Below are positions 47,691 through 58,160 of a stretch of DNA of 64,000 nucleotides, in pieces. The translations under genes and the position numbers were made by a program. The notes under the pieces are model-generated. The model ran no database searches. It was not told where the DNA came from and saw nothing but the letters and a program-made list of their open reading frames with translations. The stretch is from Felis catus (lineage: Eukaryota). The DNA lies in assembly GCF_018350175.1 (NCBI RefSeq), contig NC_058384.1, forward strand, positions 58,652,001 through 58,716,000. The letters run 5' to 3'. Within the stretch, counting starts at the first letter, position 1. The number at the start of each line of letters is the position of its first letter.

Positions 47691-48038
47691 CGATCTACTT
47701 ATAACGGTACTCTAGTTGGAGAGGAAGATGAAGGAACCACATAACATAGTCACAGCAACCAAGGGAGGGGCAAAGATCAAGAACATGGATGTGACAGATG
47801 ATGAAGCGTTCATGGAGGGTGGAGGGAGCAATGGTTCTTTGGATTCTGTCATAAGGATGTCATTCCTTTCCATAGGGCAGGGAACGGGTCTAAGAAACAA
47901 TAGGGCAGTGAGGAAGGGTTCATATGGGTTTCCCAAACCTTCCCACCTCATAGCACGTATAGGAAGTCTTTATTTTTGTAAGGCACACTGGGGTACATAG
48001 ACACGGGCCATGCTTGCGGTCAGGTATGAAGATCCCAG

Positions 48039-48761
48039 TGATGAGGGAACCTAAGGCAAGCTGAGGGCCAGGCACAAGCTAACAATGCCCCCCCCCCCCA
48101 GGGTGGGATATGTGCAACATTCCTCAGGCACTCCTGGCTGTCCAAGGACAAAGGAAAGGGGAAAACAAATGGTTGACTGATAGAGGTCACAGTCTTGCAG
48201 GACCTGAGTCTCCATCACTTTACCTAGTCTTGGAAAATTACAAGAAAAAGGCAATCTTATCAACAGCCCCATCTCCAGGAACCTATAGATTCAGTTTCCC
48301 GGAGCTCTAATGTCACCTTCCCCTCCAGAGTGATGTGGGAACAAAGGCAAGAAGGAAACAAACGGCAGGTAAAATTAAATTTCCTTATTACCTGCAGCCC
48401 ATTGACAAATACTTGAGGCAAATACAGACTAGAACGTTTCTCCAGGAACCCTCTACTGTCTTCATGTTAATGTCTCACTAGAGGGAAAACAATCTTAGCC
48501 TGACAATAGCAAGGCCTCCACTCCAGTACCTTAGGAGTCCTCTTTAGCATATGAAAGTCCTTCTGGAGGCCTCCCTTTTGCCATTACCTCCCCCCAACTC
48601 CATAGTATAGAACCACTCACTCTTCACAGCCCCAGTGCAGCTCTTCCTGCCCTGGGCCCTATCCCTGGGCTTTAATAAAGTCACCTTTTTGTATCAAACA
48701 CGTCTCAAGAATTCTTTCTTGGCCATCAGCTCCGGATCCCCACCACTCCAAAGCCCCATCA
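48039..48761 (+). mobile_element. ERV1-class carnivore solo LTR, long form (723 bp)
   Basis: TGATG...CATCA termini, perfect 4-bp TSD CCAG (48035-48038, 48762-48765); its 3' 431 bp are homologous to 14140-14578; AATAAA at about 48674. Confidence 0.88.
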
Positions 48762-49129
48762 CCAGGAGCCTCCTGGCCACCTTGAGGGTGAGGGCAGCGG
48801 AATTGGGGGCTCCTGGAGCCCTGCCTGGCAAAACACCAGCATGCCAAGGCACACCAGCCAGGCCGGCACCATTGCGTGCCTCATTGGAGGCACTCAAGAT
48901 CACTCACTGAAGATGACTGGCTGTGGAAGAAAGGCCAGAAGGACAAGGGATAGAGGAGGTGGCAAACTAAACGAAGTGATCTTTGTTTTCCCCCAAATTA
49001 AGGAGACCACGCACCTACTTGGCCATAGGAAGTGCGGATCCCATAGCAACGGTGGGAGGGCAAAACGTCCGAAGGAACGAAGCCCATCCAGGTTGAAGGA
49101 AGAAATAAGACCCTTTGTAGGCTGGCTGG

Positions 49130-49242
49130 TTTTTTGGTTTTGTTTTTGTTTTTTTAAGTTTATTTATTTATCAAGAAAGAGGCGGGGAGGGGCAGAGACA
49201 GAGCGAGAAAATCCCAAGCAGGCTCTACACGGTCAGTGCAGA
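49130..49242 (-). mobile_element. CanSINE 3' fragment
   Basis: TTTATTTATTT...GGGGAGGGGCAGAGACAGAGCGAGAAAATCCCAAGCAGGCTC. Confidence 0.8.
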
Positions 49243-49532
49243 AGGCTGGCTATTTTAAAGGCAAAGTCTGAAAACTCTTTCTATAAAATTGAATGAAAAC
49301 ATGAGAGAGCTGGTGATTCAGAGGGAAAAAAGCTTTAATGTGAGAATGAAAGAAAATTAAGGAAGTGCAAGTAACTTGTTGTGAGAGGCGGCTATTTGGG
49401 GAGGTTCAACCTAAGACCCAGGTAGCCATCTGTTCACAAATCATGTCGTACGCAGAGCTGAAATAGCCGGGTCCTGGGGGGCAGGAAGGGGAGCCCCAGA
49501 AGCACCGCAAGGAGAATTCTGTGGTTAGGTAA

Positions 49533-49854
49533 GTGTCCTCGTCCGTGGCAACTGCTACAACAACCAAAATGTGTTTCTCACGGTTCTGGAGACCGGAAGT
49601 CCGAGATCACGGTGCCGGCCTGGGCCCTCAGCTGGGTTCTAGACTGCAGTGTCCCCGCCGTGTCCTCACAGGGCAGAAAGAGGGCTGAAGAGCTCTCCGG
49701 GGTCCCTCTAACAAGGGCGCTAAAGCCCATTCCTGAGGGCTCCAGCCTTCTTACTTCATTACCTCTCAGAGGCCCCACTTCCAAATACCATCACACTGAG
49801 GGGAGGAATTTCAATATATGAACAGTGGGAGGCAGGCACAGACAGCCCACAACA
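49533..49854 (-). mobile_element. MLT1A-type MaLR solo LTR
   Basis: TTTCTCACGGTTCTGGAGACCGGAAGTCCGAGATCACGGTGCC...GGCCCCACTTCCAAATACCATCACACTG. Confidence 0.82.
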
Positions 49855-50327
49855 CTAAATCCGGTGAGAAGAGGAGACTCAAGACAAGAGACAACACAGA
49901 GGACGAACCGTGAGGATGCCAAGTACCCTCCAAGTGAGAAACGAGAGCCTTAGGCATTGGTGTTGGGAACTGAGGGGACAAGCATGTGTTCAGAAGGAAT
50001 CTGGCGACGTATGAAAGGGCAGCCAGCAGAGAGAACGTTGAACTGGCCCATGAACTCCACAGTGTAAGCATACTGACCCGGATATACTATACCATAGTAA
50101 CTATAATATACTATCTCAGGACTATATTAACCCAACAGCATATTACAAGAAAGGTATATACTTCATAGGTTCCAGGATATATAACTATTGGCAATTCTGA
50201 GACTCAGGGGAGATCACAAAGCAACAGGACAAGACCCTGCGGCTCATTCCACAGTCACTGCACTCCAATTATTCCTTCATTTTCAGATCCTCCTGGATCT
50301 CCCTGCTCTTTAAATTTAACTATTACT

Positions 50328-50537
50328 GGGGTGCCTGGGTGGCTCAGTTGGTTAAGCGTCCGACTTCGGCTCAGGTCGTGATCTAGCAGTCTGTGAGTTC
50401 AAGCCCTGCGTCGGGCTCTGTGCTGACAGCTCAGAGCCTGGAGCCTGTTTCAGATTCTGTGTCTCCCTCTCTCTCTCTGACCCTCCCCCATTCATGCTCT
50501 GTCTCTCTCTGTCTCAAAAATAAAGGTTAAAAAAAAA
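50328..50537 (+). mobile_element. CanSINE with TSD
   Basis: TSD TTTAAAT(T/G)TAACT(A/G)TTAC on both sides. Confidence 0.95.
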
Positions 50538-52399
50538 TTTAAATGTAACTGTTACAATTGATGCATGCCCATGCATACAATTCCTACACAGTCTCTTTCG
50601 TGGCTCCAGAGAGAGTGCGCACTTTGGGTTTTTTGGCTTCTTGGGTTTTGGGTTTTGTTTTTTGTTTGTTTTTTTTTTACCAAGGGATGCTTTCCAACCA
50701 GCAGTCACATTATTAAAAGGGGGAAAAAAAGCCATGAGGTTAAAATCCCATTGGTTTTTTAAAGCAACTGGAAAGAATCCACGTACATCTGCAACCTGTT
50801 TCCAAGTGCTCGTGGAGAGCCCTGTTTGGAAATGTCCTGCCGTGACCCAGGCGGTCCTCACAGAAGAAGCTGTTTTGGATCCATGCCTGATAGGAACTTA
50901 TCACAGACTGAATGAGCAAATGAAAAGGCAGTTGTGTGCCGCCCTTTTGAAGCAGTCAGCTGTGATCCTCAAGGAATAAGTGAGCAGAAGCGGAGACCAC
51001 AAATTTCTAGGCTGCTCTGATCTGTAGTTTCAAGAGGAAGCCGATGTACGGCTCAGCCCTGCATGCTGTGATTGGTGTGCTTGGCAGGGCTCTTCGTGTT
51101 AACACTGCATTGATCTTTAGATTAAGGCAAGAGCCACCCATTTCTGTTACCTTTTCTCCTTGGGATTGCAGAAACTTCAATCACAATGCCTTGTCTCCTC
51201 TTCCAAGTTTTTAACAGAATGAGTTGATTAAGCACCGCGTCGCTCCCAGCAAGGAGGGTATTACAGCTGCCCGTGCAAGATGGCAGGCATTCCCGCTCAA
51301 CATGGATGTAGGTGTAAGAAGACAGTTGAGCTAACAAAAGCTGCTGGCACTCACAGAACCTCCAGCTGCACTCAGGACACTTTTCCTATTCCACACAGGC
51401 TCCTACCACCTTCCAGGATCAGCCCCAGGGATGGGAGTTCATGGGGGCCACTGGATGCTTACAATTTACCCAGCACCATTCCTGGCCCAGAGAAGACCCT
51501 TAAAATGTACGTATCCCCTTGCCTCTCCCTTTCTGGAAAGAAGGATTAGGCATCAACAGCCAGCGTCTGTCCCCTAAGAAAGTCCATCAACTACGGCTCC
51601 TTACTACCTGGAGCCTGAGAGAGACCAGGTTCCAATGAGCACCATCACCACCCTCACCAACATCACCATCCGAAGGATTTCTATTTTGACCCTTTTATTT
51701 CCATAGTTCTGTTGTTAAGACGATCTCAATCCCTTGCAGCTTAGGGATGGAGCCTCAGGAGATGAGACGTAATTTTTGAAATCTCACACTGAATGTAATA
51801 CAAGGCCACGTTCAGAAATTCCATTCTTACGCACAAGGTAATATATATTTTTGTAAAGGTCTTAAATTTTGCAAAGCGTCTTCACGCGTGTTGTCTATTT
51901 GGTCCTCGCCAAAATCCCCTGAGATATACAGAACACAAAATGCTAATCCCATTTTGTGGGCGAGGAAAGGAAGGCTTGAGAGTTCAAACCTTTGCCCGGA
52001 TTCGCAGAACCCCAACCAGAGCTCAGCTCTGCGGCCACGCCCGGCTTCTTTCTGTGGTGCCAGGCTGGAATGGACAGAAAGAGAGAAGAAGGGGTGTCCC
52101 ACCGCTCCGGACAAATCCACTTGTGCACCCTCACTTCCGTACATATGTAAATGTCCTGGGAACTTTCTACCATCTCCTCCAACCCTCTGTTGCTTGTCCT
52201 TCTAGAGCCCAAGAGTACAGCAGCCCTCACCAGGACAAAGATTCCAGTTCCTTCTCTTCCAGCCTCCCAAGTCAATCTCTCATTCTCCATTTCAAAGGGT
52301 CCTTTGCAATAAGGCCTTTGAATCTTTTTATTAGGCTGTTCCAAAGCCTCTCTTTACATCTTTTGCTTTCATATTTCCTTAAATGAGAAATTCACTAAG

Positions 52400-53330
52400 A
52401 AGTGAATTCTGGGTCACCCAAAGGTTAGGAGGGAGAGGGAAGGGGTATGATCAGTTCCAAATCCCAGCCTGCAATAAACTAATCAGGTTATACTCATATT
52501 CAGAGGGTCCCCCCTCCACTTAATTAAAGATTGGCTATGCAGTACCTAAACGCCCATAGGAACACAGCCCAGTGCTATTGTTGAGAAGCAAAAATAATTA
52601 TTTAGAAGCAGCAATGAATTCCTTACATCTATCCGAACCCCTGTTGGTTTACAACCATAAGGTAATTTGCTTCAACTAACTTAATTTCTGTTCCCCGCTC
52701 AATTCCCTTGTGCCTTTTAACTAATGTTTTAATTCTCTTTTGCACTCTCTGTGCCACCAAATCAAAGCAAAATTTATCTTTCTTTCATTTGCCAAAGCTG
52801 AACAAATTTGGAAGGGAAAAAAATTACTAATAAAGGACAAAGGATTTTAAAGAAAATGTATTTTTCATTTCAGTGAATCAGAACAGAGTACAAAGAAGCT
52901 TAATCATTATATTAAATCAAAGGAATGTAAATCACATTATTCATATTCATAAATTGCTGACAACATGTGGCCTTTGAAAAGCTTGGGATGAGAAGCCTCT
53001 TGGCAGAAGGGGGAGGGAGGGACATACTTTGGAAGTGAGGAACCCTTGTAGCCAGGATTAATTCTCTCCCTCTATTGGGTCCTTTTTCTCACAAGGCAGC
53101 CATTTTACAATTAAATTCCAGCCTGGCTTTTAAGCCATTGGCACTGAAGCCTCTCAAGAATGGAAGACAAAAGAGATGGGTTGAGTCCTGAACATCCAGT
53201 TGGTCTGGACAGTTCTAACTGTGGGTGACAACCCTGTGTCATCTTGATGGCCCAGCTGCATAGAACATCATAGTTGCTCTCCATCGCTCAAAGATTTTTT
53301 TCACGCCAGTTAATATGAGATGAAATTAAT
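52400..53330. promoter_or_regulatory. Candidate conserved non-coding element or enhancer
   Basis: About 900 bp repeat-free and AT-rich; TCF/LEF ATCAAAG (52761, 52916) and CCTTTGAA (52971), TEAD GGAATGT (52922), homeobox TAAT sites, MAF half-site AAATTGCTGAC (52951). Confidence 0.4.
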
Positions 53331-53419
53331 AATAATAAGGGTAAACCAAACCTTACACATTTCTAGAGGCTTCCAGAGGCATCACCTCGCCACACTGGCT
53401 CAAGGGTAGGCCATCTGTG

Positions 53420-53625
53420 CAGAGGTGAAGGCTCTGGAGCCCAACTACCCATGTACCAGCACTGACTGCCTCCTCCCTCTGCGCTGTGTGACATGAGGTC
53501 TGATATGTAACTTCCTCGTACTTTGGCATTGTCACCTGTAATATGGGTGTGATAGTACCTAACGCATTGTGTTTGTAGTTAAATGAGGAAATGCCCCTAA
53601 AGTTCTTAGCACAGTGCTCAATAAA
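53420..53625 (+). mobile_element. MIR
   Basis: GGCTCTGGAGCC...GCTGTGTGAC...CACCTGTAATATGGG...CTTAGCACAGTGCTCAATAAA. Confidence 0.75.
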
Positions 53626-53861
53626 GAGCCATGTTCTAGGAAGTCATCACAAAAAGTGAATTCACAAACACTGAACCACTGCTCCTGGGTAGGTTTCTGC
53701 CTCTGGTAACGTTTTCATCAATCAGTCAATATACAACCGCTTTTAACATATGTCTAGTTAAAGACACTTTCTTTAATAGATATTGTTGATTCGTTAACAT
53801 TGAACTCCCGGCCGTAAGCACTACTCACGCCTGAACGAAGCCTATCTAAGACACCTATTTT

Positions 53862-53959
53862 GGGGGTGCCTGGCTGGCTCAGTCAGTAGAGCACAGGACT
53901 CTTGATCTCAGAGTCATAAGTTCAAATCCCACACTGGGCAGAGAGCCTACTTTAAAAAA
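53862..53959 (+). mobile_element. Short tRNA-Lys(CTT)-like SINE or retropseudogene
   Basis: GCCTGGCTGGCTCAGTCAGTAGAGCACAGGACTCTTGATCTCAGAGTCATAAGTTCAAATCCCACACTGGGCA, colinear with tRNA-Lys-CTT, followed by TACTTTAAAAAA; no (CT)n body. Confidence 0.85.
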
Positions 53960-54072
53960 CATTGTAAAACGCCTGTGTTCTCCATCAGGCACATCACAGC
54001 CTTCTTATGCTTTGGATCACTGAAGAGCACTTCAGCACTACCTTTGGGGACCATATTAAAACTGAAGCCACA

Positions 54073-54292
54073 GGGGCGCCTGGGTGGCGCAGTTGGTTAA
54101 GCGTCCGACTTCAACCAGGTCACGATCTCGCGGTCTGTGAGTTCGAGCCCCGCCGTCAAGCTCTGGGCTGATGGCTCAGAGCCTGGAGCCTGTTTCCGAT
54201 TCTGTGTCTCCCTCTCTCTCTGCCCCTCCCCCGTTCATGCTCTGTCTCTCTCTGTCCCAAAAATAAATAAACGTTGAAAAAAAAAAAAAAAA
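54073..54292 (+). mobile_element. Young felid SINEC_Fc-type CanSINE
   Basis: Near-identical to 22921; pure A tail; TSD CTGAAGCCACA (54062, 54294). Confidence 0.97.
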
Positions 54293-54334
54293 CCTGAAGC
54301 CACAAACAAAAAGCACAAAAATGAGAAAAATGTA

Positions 54335-54524
54335 GGGCTCCTGGGGTGGCTCAGTCAGTTGAGCATCCGACTGCCGCTCGGGTCACGATCTCTTGGCTCA
54401 TGGGTTGGAGCCCCACATCGGGCTGGCTGCTGTCAACCTGTCAGCATGAACCTGTGTCAGATCCTCTGTCCCCCTGTCACCTCCCCACCCCCACTTGCAT
54501 TCTCCCCCCAAAAAATATTTTTAA
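54335..54524 (+). mobile_element. CanSINE (intermediate age)
   Basis: TSD AAAAA(T/C)GAGAAA(A/G)ATGT. Confidence 0.9.
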
Positions 54525-54999
54525 AAAACGAGAAAGATGTGGCACTAATTAGACAGCAGAAAGGACACTTGTTTACAGTACGAGCTAAAACAAGAAGGCT
54601 CGCTCAGCCTCATCCGGGGGTCATGTGCATCAGGGACTTACGCCTTTCCCTGCTCTGCACATACCCGTGAATGGCCGCGAAAGCACAGCAGGTATGGATT
54701 TGGAGAGCTACAAATAATTTTAGTGAGTAGGCAAATTTGCAAACATGGAATCACGAACAAGGTCAGCTGCATTACAATGAACCAATCACCCAATGAAGTA
54801 AACAAAGCAGTTAATATTTACTTGTTAAAGTACAGTGTGGTTCTTAGGAAATAGAATATGATTTTTCCTGCGGCCCATATGCTGTGGTGTGGACAAATGA
54901 TAGATCTAATAAGATACGCGAAGGCAATAGAGAAACCTTTGCTTTTTTAATCACCCATAGGAGAGTAGGGGTGGGTCAAGAAGGACTTTCCATCCTAGA

Positions 55000-55420
55000 G
55001 GGATAGAAAATGAATAGCAGATAATAGAGAATATTAAAATCCCCAGGAGAAATGCTTAGCGCTATTTTTAGCCTCCATTTTGATAACGTATTTTAAAAGG
55101 TCAACTGTGATATGGAGTTTGCATCATTTATGATGAGAAGGAGAAAAAGTGAATTGGACTGGAGAAGGAAGTATTTCAAAATTGTTTTTTAAAATGATGT
55201 GTTCACATCAGCAAAAGGCAATAACACACACTTTGGGGTGGGCCGCTTCAAAGCTGGCTGTGAAAGGCACTTCTTTAAAAGAGGTGGCTTATGATTCGCA
55301 ACTGAGAAATAAAATGAGCCGCTGATACTTTTGATAAAAAGAAATAAAGACAAAATCTTAATTGGCAAAAAAAAATGGCAAGAAAAATAGAAGGTGTAAT
55401 TAGCATGGCTTTGTCAAGAA
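55000..55420. promoter_or_regulatory. Candidate enhancer (MEF2, GATA, NR4A, C/EBP-ATF)
   Basis: CTATTTTTAG 55062, TGATAA 55081, AAAGGTCA 55096, TTTGCATCA 55118; motif evidence only. Confidence 0.35.
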
Positions 55421-55440
55421 TAAATGATCAGTCAACTTCT

Positions 55441-55653
55441 TTTTTTAAATTTTTTTAAATGTTTATTCATTTTTGGGAGACAGAGACAGAGTGTGAGTGG
55501 AGGAAGGGCAGAGAGATAGGGAGACACAGAATCTGAAGCACAGAATCTGAGCCATCAGCACAGAGCCTGATGCAGGGCTCGAACCCAAAAACCATGAGAT
55601 CAAGACTTGAGCCGAAGCCAGATACTTAACCCACTGAGCCACCCAGGTGTCCC
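55441..55653 (-). mobile_element. CanSINE with 18-bp TSD
   Basis: TSD AAT(G/T)ATCAGTCAACTTCT at 55423 and 55654. Confidence 0.95.
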
Positions 55654-55671
55654 AATTATCAGTCAACTTCT

Positions 55672-56645
55672 GGGGAAGATCGCAGAGTAGAGGATCCTGG
55701 TCTCACCTGTCCCCTGGACACTCCCCCAAAACACCTACATCATTGTAAATAACCCAGAAAATGACCTGAAGATTGGCAGGCAGCACAGACTCCATAACTA
55801 AATGTAGAGAAGAAGTCACATCAAAGAGGGTAGGAAGGGCAGAGACATGGTCAGAAGCCAAATGGACCCACAGTACTGTCCCAGTACTGTCCGTGGGAGG
55901 GAGGGACACCATGGACATGGAGAGGAGAGAGAAGCAGACCCCACACCATGCCACCATAGGGGACCTGCATTGGAAAGACAAACAGCCATAACATTTGACT
56001 TTGAAAACAAGAGGGCCTTAACTTCACAATTTCTTACAATCAGTGGGTCTTACCACCTAGAACTTTGAAAAATCAGTGGGCTTGGCTCTGGGTGAGCCAG
56101 AGGGTGACAAGAAGCAGAGTCTCCATCCTTAAAGGGACAGCATGACAAGCAGCCCCACTGAGATACAGCCTAGAAGTAGCAGTTTGAAAAACACCTGCAG
56201 TACACAGGAGGGAAATTTGTTTACTAATCTGAGAGCATGTGCTGGAGGAGTGGGGATCTTTGGGAGACTTCTCCAAGAACAAAAGGACTGGAGGGTGCCA
56301 TTTCCCTCTCCCACCGCCCCCCTTCCCCCCCAGCCTGCCTGCGGGAACCAATACAGCACCAACATTGTCTGCCTAGCTTGCTAGCAGTATGCCCTGCCCC
56401 TGCACTCCTCTGTGGACCTGCCCCCTCCAACCTGGCCTGGGAGGAGTTTTCCCAGGCAGCCGAAGGTTCCCTACCCCAGCAGGCCACTGCAGAACCTGCT
56501 GGCACTGCACACCTCACCTTCACGTGCCCACGCCTTTGGTAGCGATCCATCCAAAGTGGTGCCACAAGTGTAGTGGGTAAAGCAGCCCTGACAGGGGTCA
56601 GCACCACTCCCAAATGACTTCTGCTCCAAGACAAGGGGATCGGAA
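55672..56645 (+). mobile_element. Carnivore LINE-1 5'UTR fragment (3' part missing)
   Basis: Starts GGGGAAGATCGCAGAGTAG.AGGATCCT..CTCACCT (decayed AAGATGGCGG L1 start); GC-richer L1_Carn-like 5'UTR; no ORF1 follows. Confidence 0.75.
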
Positions 56646-57437
56646 GGTCCATTCTGTTTTTTTTTTTCTTTCCTTTCCTTCTAATGTTAGCAGCCATTGG
56701 TATTCAATGACTACAGCCCTCAATGGTGATATTCTACCATTATTCTCTTCCTTTATTCAATGGAATGACTCTATAATAAAACATTTCTATATGTTATTTG
56801 GTTACCACTGTTATATTTCATATCTGAAAAATATGAAAAATACTTTATTCTTTCTCTTGTCAGATTGAACGGCAATAAATTTGTTCATATATTCATATTC
56901 ATGGACTCATACAGAAGTACATGGTACTTCTGATATGTAGTTCACAGGTTTTTGTCTTACCTTTCTATATGTGTCTCCTTTCCTCTATACCAAGACTCCT
57001 GGTTTTCAAAGATACAAGAGGTGATAGAATTAGAGTAACCCACCATTACTTATGTACTGTACCATATATTGATTACTGAACAATACCATTCTAATTCTAA
57101 GATAGTTAAAACTTCTTTTGCATTTGCTTTCTCCAAACTTCCCCCATTTTATTTATATTTTATTATATCTACATTATGGGATTATATCTAACATATATAG
57201 TCATTGTGTATTATTATATTCTCTCCCATCTTAGTTCACCTTTAGTCTACAGTCTATAAGTAAATATATATTTAAATATTGCCATCAACTATTACCAGTT
57301 ATGTGGTCTGTAGTCATTTTATGCTGGAAGTTTGTTTTCTAGCAGATTTCCCAGAAATGCTAGACTACAACATATTCCCTGAGTTCTTACATGTTGGTAG
57401 CATTTTTTTCTATGCCCATTGTACTGAAATAAGTTTT

Positions 57438-57632
57438 TTAATGTTTATTTATTTTTGAGGAGAGAGAGACAGAGAGCAAGTGGGGAAGGGTCAGAAAGAA
57501 AGGGAGACAAGAATCTGAAGCAGGCTCCACAGCTGTCAGCACAGAGCCCAATGTGGGGCTCAAACTCACAAATCCAGAGATCATGACCTGAGCCAAAGTC
57601 AGACGCTTAACTGACTGAGCCATCCAGGCACC
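57438..57632 (-). mobile_element. CanSINE with 19-bp TSD
   Basis: TSD TTGTACTGAAATAAGTTTT at 57419 and 57634. Confidence 0.95.
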
Positions 57633-57943
57633 TTTGTACTGAAATAAGTTTTCATTGATATAACTTATTTGGCTCATATTTTATTTCTTTGATTATATTA
57701 ACTATGTCACTCCATTTTCTTCTAGCAAAAGATGCTGTTGTTGAAATTCTGATAATAATCTAATTTTTTCCTCATTAATCACTTTCTTTTTTGTCAAGAT
57801 GTCAAATGTTTGCTTTATTTTTTTATTGTCACCTCAAGCAATTTTAGTAGAATATATCTTGGCATGTGTGTTTCTCTGAGTTGATATTATCAGGTATTAT
57901 TCAATTGGTTTTTCAATATCTATTTCAAAACTTTTGGGAAGGG

Positions 57944-58160
57944 GGGGACACCTGGGTGGCTCAGTTGGTTAAGCATCTGACTTCAGCGCAGGTCATGATC
58001 TCAGGGTTCACATGTTCGAGCCCTGTGTCAGTCTCTGTGCTGACAGCTCAGAGCCTGGAACCTGCTTCAGATCTTGTGTCTCCCTCTCTCTCTACCCCTC
58101 CTCCGCTCATTCTGTCTCTCTCTCTCTCTCTCTCTCTCAAAAATAAATAAAAAATCTTAA
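57944..58160 (+). mobile_element. CanSINE
   Basis: Full SINE with (CT)n and A tail. Confidence 0.93.

Larger units (their letters stand above)
53630..54769 (-). mobile_element. MER82 (Tigger-derived) DNA transposon carrying three SINE insertions
   Basis: Antisense matches to recalled MER82: GTAGGCAAATTTGCAAA...GGAATC, AAAGGACACTTGTTTACAGTA, GGCACATCACAGCCTTCTT, TTGTTGATTCGTTAACATTGAACTC. Confidence 0.8.

Noticed and set aside
14140-48761. The two LTRs as ends of a single provirus
   Set aside because: Each has its own TSD (GTAC vs CCAG), lengths differ, and no PBS, gag/pol/env or PPT is visible between them
50075-50190. Degenerate TATAC/GGATAT repeats as a spaced array
   Set aside because: No constant repeat or period; looks like a decayed microsatellite
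53862-53940. Functional tRNA-Lys gene
   Set aside because: Anticodon and T stems are mismatched, it has a SINE-type GGGGT leader and A tail, and it is inserted inside MER82
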